NCBI GenBank assembly: GCA_951406725.2
Contig: OX597822.1
Coordinates: 52,638,001 to 52,702,000 of the forward strand
Direction of reading: 5' to 3'
Source of the DNA: Octopus vulgaris
Taxonomy: Eukaryota
Length of the DNA: 64,000 bases
Below the pieces are notes generated by a model. That model ran no database searches. It worked only from the letters and a program-made list of their open reading frames with translations, and was not told the DNA's origin. A program made the position numbers and the translations under genes. Of the stretch, positions 51,100 to 63,580 are shown piece by piece (positions within the stretch are counted from its first letter, which is position 1; every line of letters begins with the position of its first letter).

Positions 51100-52660
51100 T
51101 CTTAACCACTTGATCTTGCCTACATTCACATTTATGTGTGTGTATTTATTATATATGTCACCTTGTAAGTAATTACACCTGTAATGTCTACCAATACATT
51201 CTCCAGACTTGCTGAGAGATAGCACTAGCTGCTTTTGTACCCTGTGGTAGATGTGTCCACTGTAATAATCCATGCGGAGTACTAACAGTCATTATTTCCT
51301 GGACTTCATTGGATATTTCAATTTCATGGTATGCGGTAACCGAATCAACTTATGGTAATATTTATCCCCACTTAAACATGTGTGAAATACTTCATAGCTT
51401 CCTACTTGTGTAATACCATCTCAACACTAGGTGTAGGATAAGAATCAGAGCAATATTGGGATTCGATCCTATCTTATAATCAACACATATACATAAATCA
51501 CCATTGGGTTTACAAACTACAACCATCAGAGAAACCTGCTTACTTTCTCCTGTTTCAGCTTTCTTTAATAAGTCGTTAACTATCATTTTCTTTAATTTGG
51601 CTACAACTAAAGTATAAATGTAGATAGGAAGTTGTCGAGATTTAATTTAATTTTTATATTGGCTTTATAACCTTTTAGACACCCAAATTTTTTGCAGATG
51701 GATAAGTGTTGTAGCATCACTCCTCAAAACATCTGTTCCAATCAGACCATTCCTCTGAAAGGATTCTGCAACAGTGACATTGACTTAATCTTCCATAGTT
51801 TCAAATTTTAACCCTTTCGTTACTGTATTTATTTTGAGATGCTCTGTGTTTTTTTCAATTAATTTAAAATATAACAAAGAATTTAGTAAAACAACTTAGT
51901 AATCATTCAGCTAGTGTTAGGAACATAAATTGTGACTAAGGTTTGGAGGAAGATTTTAATTCAAAACTTATGAAAACAAGATATTTGTACTCAGAACCAG
52001 AGCCAGTTTCAGCCGGGTTGGTAATGAAAGGGTTAAAGTACCTTCAAACTGTCTCATTAATTTAATTACTTAGGTGTCAAACTGTTTGAGGCAAGCATGA
52101 CGTGGTTTCAATTTTGGAAATTTTAGTTCTATCCAGGAATTTTGTGGTATAATTGTAAGATCATTGCTGGTGTCTATTTGCGTTAACACTTTGATGTTGT
52201 TGATCTTAATCCAAATCAAATAATTCACATTACTGTCTCCATTGCTGAAGACATTACCAGATTCTTGGTCACATAATTTACATCAGCATCAACTTCATGT
52301 ACATTATCAGAAGATTTTCTTATGGACCAAGAAACAAACTGAAAGTGGTTCTTCTTACATACACCACAGGTTTTTGCAAAAGCAGGACGTCTGTCCTCAT
52401 GTGTATGATCTCAAAACTTGCAGGTCGCCTTCTTTTGATGATTCTTAGCTACATGTGAGACAGTCATTTCTTTTATGGTACCATTATTATCACTAATTGG
52501 CCGATACAACATTATTTGCTGAAATTACAATATTTTAGACCACTGACAGGGGTTTGTTCATTAGTCAGTTGCATTTATATAAGGTCATCCTCTGTAGCTG
52601 TCCTTCTGCCCCCAAGGTGTCAAATTCATAAAAACTGGGTACCTTCTTTTAATCTTTTAT
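51100..52660 (-). mobile_element. Decayed gypsy-type gag-pol relic
   Basis: Zn-knuckle-like PAFAKTCGVCKKNHF, protease-like QIDTSNDLTII and RT-like VVVCKPNGDLCICVDYK in the expected order on minus. Confidence 0.7.
51812..52032. mobile_element. piggyBac-type MITE with TTAA TSD
   Basis: TTAA|CCCTTTCGTTAC...GTAATGAAAGGG|TTAA; other copies at about 57798-58019 and 58070-58292. Confidence 0.85.
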
Positions 52661-52726
52661 ACCACTTTTGAATAGGTTCTCATGACATAGGGAAACACAC
52701 ATAGCACACACATGTAAGTATATCTA

Positions 52727-53248
52727 CTGTAAATCCTTGAGTATGATCCGCACTTTTTTCCCAAAATTTAAAGGTCAAAATCTCTAGTGTGTACTATATA
52801 CAAGGTTAAAAATGAAAAATATTTTCTAAGCAATGCCCGAGTCTATATTTGCTGTCCGGCAATGTTTATTCAGAAGCATTTTGTGATGTCTGGCGCGAAA
52901 ATACATTCAGCTAAGCCTGATAGCAATAAAGTCATAAAAGAATCATCCATAAATTGCAGTAAGCAACATTTATTAAAATAAAAGTATTCCGAACACAGAA
53001 TAACATGTAACAAAAACAATTTGCAAACATATTTACATTCCCATATAACAGTTAAGAACATCACCATTATTATATTACGCATGCATGGAAGTGTTTGTTC
53101 GACTAGCTGCTGCTGGCTTAATTACGCACAACTCAAGTTAGAGAAGGGGTGCGTATTATACACAAGGTTTAGGTTTTTCAGAGGTACAGCCCCCTAAAAA
53201 TCCCCTGCATATTATACTCAAGGGCGGACTATACTCGAGGATTTACGG
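52727..53248. mobile_element. Non-autonomous Tc1/mariner-pogo (Tc2/Tigger-like) element
   Basis: About 25-bp TIRs C(T/C)GTAAATCCT(T/C)GAGTAT..TCCGC with TA TSD. Confidence 0.85.
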
Positions 53249-54261
53249 TATATGTATAACAAGCTTCTTTAGTTTTTGTGTATCAAACCCACTCACAAGG
53301 ATTTGACTGAAATAACAACTATATCTCCCTCGATTTACATACCGCTGTCTTAACCTAACCATAAAGAGATGGGAGAGAATGCCTTTCATTGGGACTGACA
53401 TGTCATTAAATATGCCAAGAAAATGTGCCTTGAAAGTGTTATTAGTGTAGTATTTAACTTTTGACCAGTTACAGGTCGCTTACTTTCAAATCTGTTTCGT
53501 GACCTTTGATATGAGATTATTTACTAATGATACTCTAATGTATCTAGAAAACAGTTGTTTAGCTTATCTCAGGTCAATGAGGTATCTCAGTAACCAAAGA
53601 TAAACTGAAACTGTACCTTGTTAAGTGCACTGATAGTAGTATTAGTGTGAATGGTAGTCTTAGTACAAATGCTATTCTTTTTATCAAGGTGGAGTATTTA
53701 ATTTTCATATATCAATAATTTCTATTGATCAATGTAATAAAACTCTTAATGAGTTTGTTTAGTAACTATACAATTCCAGGTGCACTAATATACATTTAGT
53801 AATTGTGTTGTCACACCTGTGACTTGCTATCACCATCACCACCACCCACTTTTCATTTATGTTTATTCCTATTAAAAGGAAACATACTCGACCCTTTTGT
53901 TTTAGCTAATTGTTTAGAAGCTGAATATTAATTTATGTCAATACGTGGGCCTGGAGTGGGGAGTCAGTCTTTGTAGACCTCCTCTATTACAACTGTAGGT
54001 GTTGGATACTTCCCATAGATCCTCTCCAAGAGATTCTTCCTCATTGAGGTTGAACATATTCTGCTAACAAGCAAAGAATGCACTCTTACTGTCAGACTGG
54101 CAGATTGCTTTCAAGAAGCCATCTCAAGCTTCCATTTCTCTAATTCTTACACCTAGATGCATGCAAAGGCAGAATCCACTCTGTAAAACACTCCACAGAC
54201 TAATACCAGTTGTCATGTTTTCTACAGAAGTGGGGAAGCAAATGGTTAGACTTGTGTATTA

Positions 54262-54682
54262 CTCTTTTACTCTTTCTCTTTTACTCTTTCTCTTTTACTT
54301 GTTTCAGTCATTTGACTGTGGCCATGCTGGAGCACTGCTTTTAGTCGAGCAAATCGACCCCAGGACTTATTCTTTGTAAGCCTAGTACTTATTCTATCGG
54401 TTTCTTTTGCCGAGCCACTAAGTTACGGGGACATAAACACACCAGCATCGGTTGTCAAGCGATGTTGGGGTGACAAACACAGACACACAAACATATATGC
54501 ACACATACATATATATATATATACACACAACAGGCTTCTTTCAGTTTCTGTCTACCAAATCCATTCACAAGGCTTTGGTCGGCCAGAGGCTATAGTAGAA
54601 GACACTTGCCACACAGTGGGACCGAACCCGGAACTTATGTGGTTGGTAAGCAAGCTACTTACCACACAGCCACTCCTATGCC
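54262..54682 (-). mobile_element. CORE-type SINE family B
   Basis: Same motifs as 40688-41105. Confidence 0.85.
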
Positions 54683-54859
54683 TATTATTCAAAATGAACA
54701 GATAAGGCAGCCTCAATAACCAAGTTCTTGCAATTGGCCTCAAACGAGGCAGATGTAACAGTCCCACATAAATGGCTGGACCAGTATACACAGTGCTGAT
54801 AGAGGATTGTATTTACTTTCCTTTCTTACATGAATTACTCTTTTTAGAACACATCTTGC

Positions 54860-55930
54860 CCTAAAATTGTTGGGCAAAATGTTGAGTAGTATTTTGTCTA
54901 TCCGCACATTCTGAGTTCAAATTCTGCCATGGTTGACTCTGCCTTTCATCTTTTCGGGGTCAATGAAACACTGGGATTGATGTAATCGACCATTTCCCAC
55001 CCCACAAAATTTCAGGCCTTGCGCCTTTATTAGAAAGGATTATTATAAGATGGCAAACTGGCAGAATTGTAAGCATGTCAGACAAAATGCTTTGTGGTAT
55101 TTCCTCTGGTGAGCTGGCAGAAATGTTAGCATGCCAGGCGAAATGCTTAGCGGTATTTCGTCTGTCTTTACGTTCTGAGTTCAAATTCCGCCGAGGTCGA
55201 CTTTGCCTTTCGTCCTTTCGGAGTCGATAAATTAAGTACCAGTTATGCACTGGGGTCGATGTAATTGACTTAATACCTATGTCTGTCCTTGTTTGTCCCC
55301 TCTATGTTTAGCCCCTTGTGGGTAATAAAGAAATAGGTATTTCCTCTGGCTTTTCATTCTGAGTTCCAATTCCATCTGAGTTGACTTTGTCTGTCATCCT
55401 TTCAAGGTTGATAAAATAAATTCTAGTTGAGCACAGAGTCAATCTAATTAACCAGCTAGTTCCCCAAATTTCAGGTCTTGTGCCTATAACAGAATCATCA
55501 TTATTATGGGTAAGCTTGTGGAATTGTTAGTGCAGTGGATAAAATGCTTTGTGACATTCCTTCCAGCTTTTTACATTTTTAGTTCAAATCCTGTTGAGGT
55601 TGACTTCTCCTTTCATACTATTGGGGCTGATAAAATAAATTCCCATTGAGTACTAGTTATTGATTTAATCCTTCACCTAAAATTTTGGGCCTTGTGCCTT
55701 TAGAAAATTATAATTGTTTCAAATTTTGGTACAAGGCCAGCACTTTCAAGGAGGAGTTTAGTTGAGTACATCAACTTCAGTACTTAAATGGTACTTATTT
55801 TTATTGATCCTGAAAGGATGAAAGGCAAAGTCAGTTTCGGCAGAGTTTGAACTCAGAACATAAAAATGAATGAAATGCCACTCAGCATTTTGCCCAGCAT
55901 GCTAATGATTCTGCCAACTCACTACCTTAA
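54860..55930. mobile_element. Nested family A SINE cluster
   Basis: Young copy at 55109-55336 flanked by ggtatttcctctgg duplication inside an older copy. Confidence 0.8.
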
Positions 55931-56176
55931 TTAATAGAAAAGTATTATTATAATTAATATTATTTAGTTCTGTCTTATGAATGAAGAACAACTCTCTCAC
56001 ATCAGTTGTGCCACATTCTTGGTAATAGGTAGAGGCATCAATGAATATTTTCCAGGAGTAAAAAAAATATATGAAATTTTCTATTTATTTTTAATGTCAG
56101 GTTATTTAAAATTTGATTGCAATTGAGATTTGTAAATTATCTGAAGTGACTATAAAATAATCTTCTTCCTTGACAG

Positions 56177-56317
56177 TTTAAGATCAACATACTTGATGAA
56201 CTGGCAGCTGATCTGATGAAGTACATGCCTGTTAAACAGGAAGTTGACCGAAGCAGTATGCTTGTAGCACCAATGCCTGGAATTCTAAAGTCTATTGCTG
56301 TTGCTGCTGGTGATGTG
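56177..56317 (+). CDS. PCCA: PCCA exon, linker and biotinyl domain start (FKINILDELAADLMKYM...APMPGILKSIAVAAGDV)
   Basis: PMPG motif; tgacag/gtatgt; 141 nt. Confidence 0.94.
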
Positions 56318-56484
56318 GTATGTTTTGCTCTGCTTACAACATTGTTCAATTGTGATTCCCCCTACCTTCCTCTTAAACTTAGATATGGTTGAGCTGAAGT
56401 CTCATTGATTAGCTTTTAGTCAACACTGTTTGAAAATACCTGTCATCAAAAGTATACTGGACAGGATCATTAAAATATTTTTTA

Positions 56485-56665
56485 GACATGTGAGTGGCAC
56501 CTGTGCTGGCGACATGTGAGTGGCACCCGTGCCGGCGACACACGAGAGGCAGCCGTGATGGCGACACGAGAGAGGTAGCCGTGCCAACGACACGAGAGAG
56601 GTAGCCGTGCCGGGGACATGAGAGAGGCGGCCGTGCCGGCAACACGCAAGAGGCGGCCGTGACAT
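56485..56665. repeat. GC-rich ~26-bp minisatellite (GACACGAGAGAGGCAGCCGTGCCGGC-like), about 7 units
   Basis: Directly visible; generates the overlapping spurious ORFs at 56409-56688. Confidence 0.85.
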
Positions 56666-56689
56666 GCAGGGTGGGTCATCAACAGCATG

Positions 56690-57308
56690 CTGATGGAGAT
56701 CTTGACAGACTTTGTGATGTTCTTTCTACTCAGTGCTCAGCAGGCGAGGGACAAACTTGGCAGAGATACGCTGTGTGTTCAATTCAGACATTAAAATTGC
56801 CTGCTCAGATCCATATGACAGGCCAACAACATCAGCAATGTTGTTGATTGTCCTCTGACTGTTCTCATGCACAAGCTAAGGAATTTTCTCCACATTTCTG
56901 GGGATGACACATGTGGTAGGCCTTTCGGATCACTCATTGTCTTCCAGGGACGTTCTTCTGCTTTTGAAGTGCCTACACCACTCGAAACATTGCATACAAC
57001 CTATTGCCTCATTGCTGTAAGCTTTCCAAAGCATGCTCAGTGTCTCTGTAGCAGACTTCCCAAGTTTAACACAAAATTTCATGTTGGTTCTTTGTTGCAA
57101 CTTCCTGTCCATGGCAAAATTGCAGACTACAGCATACACCTGATTACAAAAATACAAATTTCACAACTCGTGAAGTAAACACAGTGATGTCACTCAACAC
57201 ACTGCTTCATGAAGGTCACTGCTAGTTGTCATTGCGCATGCAACCATGTGCTGCCATCTGTTGGTGCACTTCAGAACTAGCCTGAGAACTTTTTGATACC
57301 ACCTTGTA
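56690..57308 (-). mobile_element. Mariner 5' half relic
   Basis: QRTNMKFCVKLGKSATET...FEWCRHFKSRRTSLED HTH-type N-terminus; TIR-like end near 57305. Confidence 0.85.
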
Positions 57309-57699
57309 AAAGCATCTATGCTGGTACCATGTAAAAACACCTTTGCTGATGCCACATAGAAAGCACCCAGTGCACACTGTAAAGTGGTTGGTGTTAGCAA
57401 GGCATCCAGCCGTAGACACCAAGCCAAATCAGACTGGAACCTGGTGGTGCAGCTCTCCTGCCTGCCACTTCTGGTCAAACTGTCCGACCTATACCAGCAT
57501 GGAAAATAGATGTTAAATGATGGTGATAAGGATATATGTATGTCTTCATTGATGGTGTATTGTGAATGATGGTTCTAACAGATGACATTATGTTAAATTA
57601 GATTGATTCTTGTGGAAAGGTGTTATTGTGAAGGCTCGTTCAATCTGGTTGACTTATGACGATGATATATATGAATGAGGCCACATTTCAATGTGTTTT

Positions 57700-58295
57700 A
57701 TTTTAAATAGATTTAATCCTTTTTTATAAATAGCTTTAAGCCTATTTTTAAATAGATTTAAGCCTTTGTCATTATTAAGCTGGTGTTTGGATATTAACCC
57801 TTTCGTTACCGTATTTATTTTGAGATGCTCTGTGTTTCATCCAATTAATTTTAAATATAACAAAGAATTTAATAAAATATCTTAGTTATCATTAAGCTAG
57901 TGTTGGGAACATAAATTGTGACTAAGGTTTGGTGGAAGATTTTAATTCAATACTTATGAAAACAAGACATTTGTACTACAGAGCCAGAGCTGGTTTTCGC
58001 CGGGTTGGTATCAAAAAGGTTAAATTGACATGAAATTTTGTTGAAAGATTATTATTTAGATCACTTTAACCCTTTTGTTACCATATTTTTGTTGAAATAC
58101 TCTGCCTTTGTTTCAATGAATTTTGAAAATAATGAGGAATTTAGTCAAAATAATTCTGTCCTTATTAATCTGGTGTTTGGAAAATTAATTAGTAGGAAAT
58201 TATGAAGGGAGATCTTAAATTAGATCACTTTAAACAGGAAGTTTATATCACCGAACTATGTGTGGTTGCAGGCAAGTTAATATCAAAAGGGTTGA
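57700..58295. mobile_element. Nested piggyBac-type MITEs
   Basis: Two ttaaccctt...aagg(g)tt units matching 51812-52032. Confidence 0.7.
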
Positions 58296-58323
58296 GCTGA
58301 AGTATTTTTTTTTTTTTTTTGTA

Positions 58324-58834
58324 TCTCTATATAAACGGCAGTTTGTCTGTCTGTGTGTCTGTCAGGTTGTACCCTCACCCTGACCACAGCTTTCAATCGA
58401 TTCAGATGAAACTTGACACAGACATAACCCAATGTCATAATTCAAAACTAACGCAGCGAAAATTTTGAAAAGTTCCCCCAGTTCTGAAAAAAATTGATAA
58501 ATTCGACATGGGGTCGAGAATCTAAGCTTTTTATTTGCAACACATTTTCTGTTGTAGTTTTCGCAACTTGCAATCGATTTTCACCAAACTCATGGTGAAG
58601 CTTAATGTTATCCTAAGAAACTTAATTCTGACGTTAGTTTTCCATGCAATACCTTACCATCAGAAAAAGTCGATAAAATCATGCCATTTTGGGAAATCAC
58701 GTTTAAATTCAAGATGACATATTTTCGACAATATCTTTCACAAATTGGCAGGAATTTTTTTAAAATTCACAGCGAGCATCATGTCTGCTCCAGGGGCTCT
58801 TACATACCCGGGCAATGCCGGGCTATGCTGCTAA
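58324..58834 (+). mobile_element. Non-autonomous Helitron
   Basis: A|TCTCTATATAAA start, (TGTC)n, 3' hairpin CCCGGGCAATGCCGGG and CTAA|T end. Confidence 0.72.
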
Positions 58835-59017
58835 TTTCATATAAATCTTCCCCGCTTTCACTTCCTCCTCTAATCTTTTACTTCTTTCTTTCTCTCTCTC
58901 TCTACTTTTTACCACCTGTCTTAATAAATGTACTTTTATGTACTCTTCTCATACACACTTGACTTCATAGTTACACACCCACACACAGATACAAATAAAC
59001 GTACTTTATATTTCCAG

Positions 59018-59095
59018 GTATCTGAAGGTCAAGAACTGTGTGTTCTGGAAGCTATGAAAATGCAAAACAGTTTAGTTGCTGGTAAAACGGGGACG
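59018..59095 (+). CDS. PCCA: PCCA exon with biotin-attachment site ([26 protein letters not shown])
   Basis: EAMKM biotinylation motif followed by QNS; ttccag/gtaagt; 78 nt; terminal exon not located in window. Confidence 0.96.
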
Positions 59096-59195
59096 GTAAG
59101 TTTTGTGTTGCCCAGAAACACACAGTGCATCCTACTATTCCAATTTTCTTTATCTAAAATTACCTGATAATTTCACTCGAGTAGGTAATCTATTA

Positions 59196-59336
59196 TTAGG
59201 TTGTCCCAAAAGTTCGTAAACACTTGTGAAAATTGAATTTTTACTTGCCAAGTACTAACAAAAACAACAAAAATTATTCCTCAAAATAAAGACCATTATT
59301 TTCCAAGACTTTCTACGAACTTTTGGGACAACGTTA
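59196..59336. mobile_element. Mariner-type MITE (~140 bp)
   Basis: TIR GTTGTCCCAAAAGTTCGTA / TACGAACTTTTGGGACAAC with TA flanks. Confidence 0.8.
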
Positions 59337-60595
59337 TATTTGTTTCAGTCAGTGTACATATGTACGTACATGCATTTCAGTCATGTATGTATGTTCATGA
59401 GTACGTACATATGTTTGAATGACAGCCGTGCATGCATGCATGCATGCACAGCTGTCCTCATCCATACACATCACTTGCCTGTTCCTGAGCAGACTTCTTT
59501 CTTGCACACTACATCTAGTTCTTCTTATGCCCAGTTTTCTCTGAGTGTATGTTATTGTTTTGGCCAGGAAACCCTGGGTAGCTGTATTTAACAAGAGTTG
59601 TGATTTTATCATAACATTATTTATAAATATATATATATATAGGATATCATAACATTATTTATATATTCATATATATATATATATACATACATTATTTATA
59701 TTATATATATATACATATATATATATAGGGTATCTCTTAGATACTCTTAATTATAATTTTAATAATAATTATTACCTTTGAAGGTTTTTATTCCCATGCT
59801 GGCCACTTGATAAGATCGATAATTAAATTAACGATTTTATCCTTGTTTATATACATACATACATACATACATATAAAAAGCACCCACTACACTCACGGAG
59901 TGGTTGGCGTTAGGAAGGGCATCCAGCCGTAGAAACATTGCCAGATCAGACTGGGCCTGGTGCAGCCTTCTGGCTTCCCAGACCCCAGTTGAACCGTCCA
60001 ACCCATGGAAAGTGGACGCTGAATGATGATGATGATATATATATATATCATCATCATCATCATCATCGTTTAGCGTCCGCTTTCCATGCTAGCATGGGTT
60101 GGACGGTTCTACTGGGGTCTGTAAAGCCAGAAGGCTTCATCAGGCCCAGTCAGATCTGGCAGTGTTTCTATGGCTGGATGCCCTTCCTAACGCCAACCAC
60201 TCCGTGAGTATAGTGGGTGCTTTTTACGTGCCACCCACACAGGTGCCAGACAGAGCTGGCAAACGGCCACGAACGGATGGTGCTATTTATGTGCCACCGG
60301 CACGAGGGCCAGGCGAGGCTGGCAACGGACACGAACGGATGGTGCTATTTACGTGCCACCGGCACGAGGCCAGTCGGGGCAGCGCTGGCAACGGTCACGA
60401 AACGGAAGGTTCTCTTACATGCCACCGGCACTGGTAACACATCTGCAATTTCCATTGATCGATTTCGATTCTGATCTCACTTGCCTCAACAGGTCTTCAC
60501 AAGTAGAGTTTTGTGTCCCAAGAAGGGAAGGTATGCATACGTAGGCTGGCTCCATATACGTGTGTATTTATATATATATATGAACTGGAGTAAGC

Positions 60596-60646
60596 ACAAA
60601 ACTGTCTGACAAACGGGAACGTGAAACTCTGAGTAACAGCTTTTGT
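60596..60646 (+). ncRNA. Minimal type I hammerhead ribozyme motif (Penelope-type) with G8A change
   Basis: ACAAAA-CUGU-CUGACAA-ACG-GGAA-CGU-GAAA-CUC-U-GAG-UA-ACAG-C-UUUUGU; stems I, II and III all pair. Confidence 0.7.
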
Positions 60647-60672
60647 TATATTTCTTCTGCTTTTAAATAAAG

Positions 60673-60706
<34 letters not shown>

Positions 60707-60799
60707 CAGAGAGAGAAAGAGAGTGGGGTGAGAGAGAGAAATTGTGGAGTGGGAGGAAGAGAGAAGGAAATAATGATAATGCGTGAGTTGGGGGTTTAT

Positions 60800-61070
60800 A
60801 GAAGGTGTTCCGAAATTAAGGGAACCAAAGTTTCGGGCTTTAATGACTATCAATAGATAGTCTGTCTTGTGTTTGCTTCAGACCAAATAAATTCAGATTT
60901 ATGGATTAGATAATGACTTTAGACCGAAATACAATCTTAATACTCTCCAAGGAGATTGTTGAAGGCATGCTGCCCTAACTGCTGTTCACTGATGAAAAGA
61001 AATTTCACATTGAATAGACTGTGAACCAGCAAAATGGCCAGCCTTGGAGTGTACCTGGATCCATCGGGGT
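60800..61070 (+). mobile_element. Tc1/mariner-family transposase relic
   Basis: LFTDEKKFHIE*TVNQQN resembles the first catalytic Asp motif. Confidence 0.45.
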
Positions 61071-62635
61071 TCGATTGGTAATTTGATGTCAAAATCCACT
61101 CGGATATTCCCCTCGTTATTTTGAGATATATTGTATTGAAGTTCGTTTTGAGATTCTTGTGTTGTTTTTATGTATGTACGAACACAAACAAATAAACATA
61201 TACATGTGCGTGCAGCATGTGCATCTAACAATCAAAGACTAATGCACATATATATGCATATAAAGTATTTGTGCATAAAGCATGCTAATTAATTAGTGAA
61301 AGAAAGTAAGGCAGTGCCCATAGCCTACACAATGCCTCAAAACCTGAGAAAAGAGAATTAGATGAGATAAACAGGAACAGTATATTATTGCTACTTAATA
61401 TTTTCAACCAGTGGTGGGATAGTGTGAAAAGTTAATCCAAAGAGTATGTCATGGATGGAGTGTCTTTGATTCTACGTTTGAAGGACCTGGGCTGAATTGT
61501 GGCCAAACAGCTACAACTACTCCAAAACTGACCTTTCCTTGCAAAAAGGACCACCACTATCACCATGACCCCAACCACCATCACTTCTGCAACCTATACC
61601 ATCACCACCACCAACACCACCACCACCATCTGCATCATCAACACTACCACAACCACAACCACAACCAACCTACACATTTCTGCTCAGACCAACTCTGCGA
61701 TTTATTTAAATGCCTTGCGTTGGGCCCTTAATGGGATCAGTGCACTTCTTAGATATGGTAGCTATATCTAGTAGTTTATCAATTGACCCTGAAAGAATTT
61801 GACTTCAGCTGGATTTGATCTTAGAACATAGAGAACCGCAACAATTACTGCAAAGCTGTCAATTGGCTATCATGAAGACCCGATAGAAAAAGCAGCTAAA
61901 CCTCACTCAGCTCACGCCTTACTTTTATAAGAAAGAAAGGTTATTGTAGATAATGTAATTTCAACATTACTCATAGCCAAAAGACAGGATGGTCATGGCT
62001 AGAACGTCTTTAAGCAAATTATTTCTGGATTAGAGATGATGTGGGAGCTGGACAACAACATCTAAAATTAGAACTCACTAGAATTAAATGTTCACTAGAG
62101 ATAGCACAAGAGGTAGACGTGGCCGCATTTCCCGCGACACACATCGAATCCGTGCTTGAATCAGCTTGATGCAGTCATATGTATATCAGGGACAATATAT
62201 GTGTGGCTGCAATTCAGCCATTTGATCAGATAACTGGAAGAGAGGGCAACAACAATAACAATGCCAACAATATCAAATACACACACACACACACACACAC
62301 AAAACACCACCACCACCAGCAACAAGATAATCATCGTTAATTTTAGAGAGGATCACTTTCCTTAAATTATCAAGAATAATGAACACACCTGCCGTAATTT
62401 CATATCGTCAACCAATACTGCCACACCTGAGATGTTAGTCACATTGTGATTGAGAAATAGGTCAACATAGATATTACTTTACACACTCTGCTATCATATT
62501 TTGTTATGCAACAATCAATTTCTATCCTGTTTCTTTATTTTGAGTTCGTTTCAAATATTTTAAGAATTTTTATCCTGATTTCAAATGTCAGACAGAACAC
62601 TGAATCGGAAAACTGATACGTCTAAAACTGGTGGT

Positions 62636-62942
62636 GCATATGTATGTGTGTATATATGTGTATGTATGTGTGTTTGCATGCATGTATGAATCTGCATGTA
62701 TGTGCATATGTATTTATGTATGCATGTATATATGTATGTGTGTGTATGTTTGTATATATATATGTAATTGTGTATGTATGTATGTATGTATGCATGCATG
62801 CAAGTATGCATGCTGTATGTCTGTACGTATGTATGTATGCATGCATGTATGTATGCATGTATGTATGTCTGTATGTATGTGTTTGTAAGTATGCAAATAT
62901 ATATGTATGTATGTATGTATCTATGTATGTCTGTCTGTATGT
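62636..62942. repeat. Compound (TGTA/TGCA)n microsatellite
   Basis: Directly visible. Confidence 0.9.
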
Positions 62943-63304
62943 CAGGTCACTTACAAGGCTCTCATAAGTGCTGTTGGTAACATGGAATCCAGTACAACCA
63001 GTTGCATGGTTGGGTTGTCAGCAACTAAACTGGCAACCCCACCTGGATATCCGATGAGGAGCGTTGCTAGAAACCCAACAAAATTAAAAACAAGACCTGT
63101 TGAAAGGTCGGATGAACGGCTGTCTAGCAATAGCAGCTGAAAAGGTTGGAATTAATTCCAGTTGGTTTTAAGTTAATCATTCAACTTAAATATTACTTTA
63201 CACACTCTGCTATCATATTTTGTTATACATGTATGCGTGTATGTATATATATGTAATTATATATGCATGTCTGTTTTTATACCTATATGTATTTATGGAA
63301 GTGT

Positions 63305-63580
63305 ATTTGTAAGTGGATTTGGTAGACGGAAACTGAAAGAAACCTGTCGTATATATGTATATATATGTGTATGTGTCTATGTGTTTGTCCCCCTAGCATT
63401 GCTTGACAACTGATGCTGGTGTGTTTACGTCCCCGTCACTTAGCGGTTCAGCAAAAGAGACCGATAGAATAAGTACTGGGCTTACAAAGAATAAGTCCCG
63501 GGGTTGATTTGCTTGACTAAAGGCGGTGCTCCAGCATGGCCGCAGTCAAATGACTGAAACAAGTAAAAGAGTAAAGAGTA
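63305..63580 (+). mobile_element. 5'-truncated family B SINE
   Basis: Matches the 3' two-thirds of 40688-41105. Confidence 0.8.

Noticed and set aside
10972-59095. Assignment as MCCC1, pyruvate carboxylase or acetyl-CoA carboxylase
   Set aside because: [20 protein letters not shown] and AMKMQNS, plus the BC-BT-biotinyl layout, point to PCCA.
62581-62980. His/Thr- and Cys/Val-rich ORFs (also at 2246-2586, 36358-36722, 41471-41882)
   Set aside because: Microsatellite translations.
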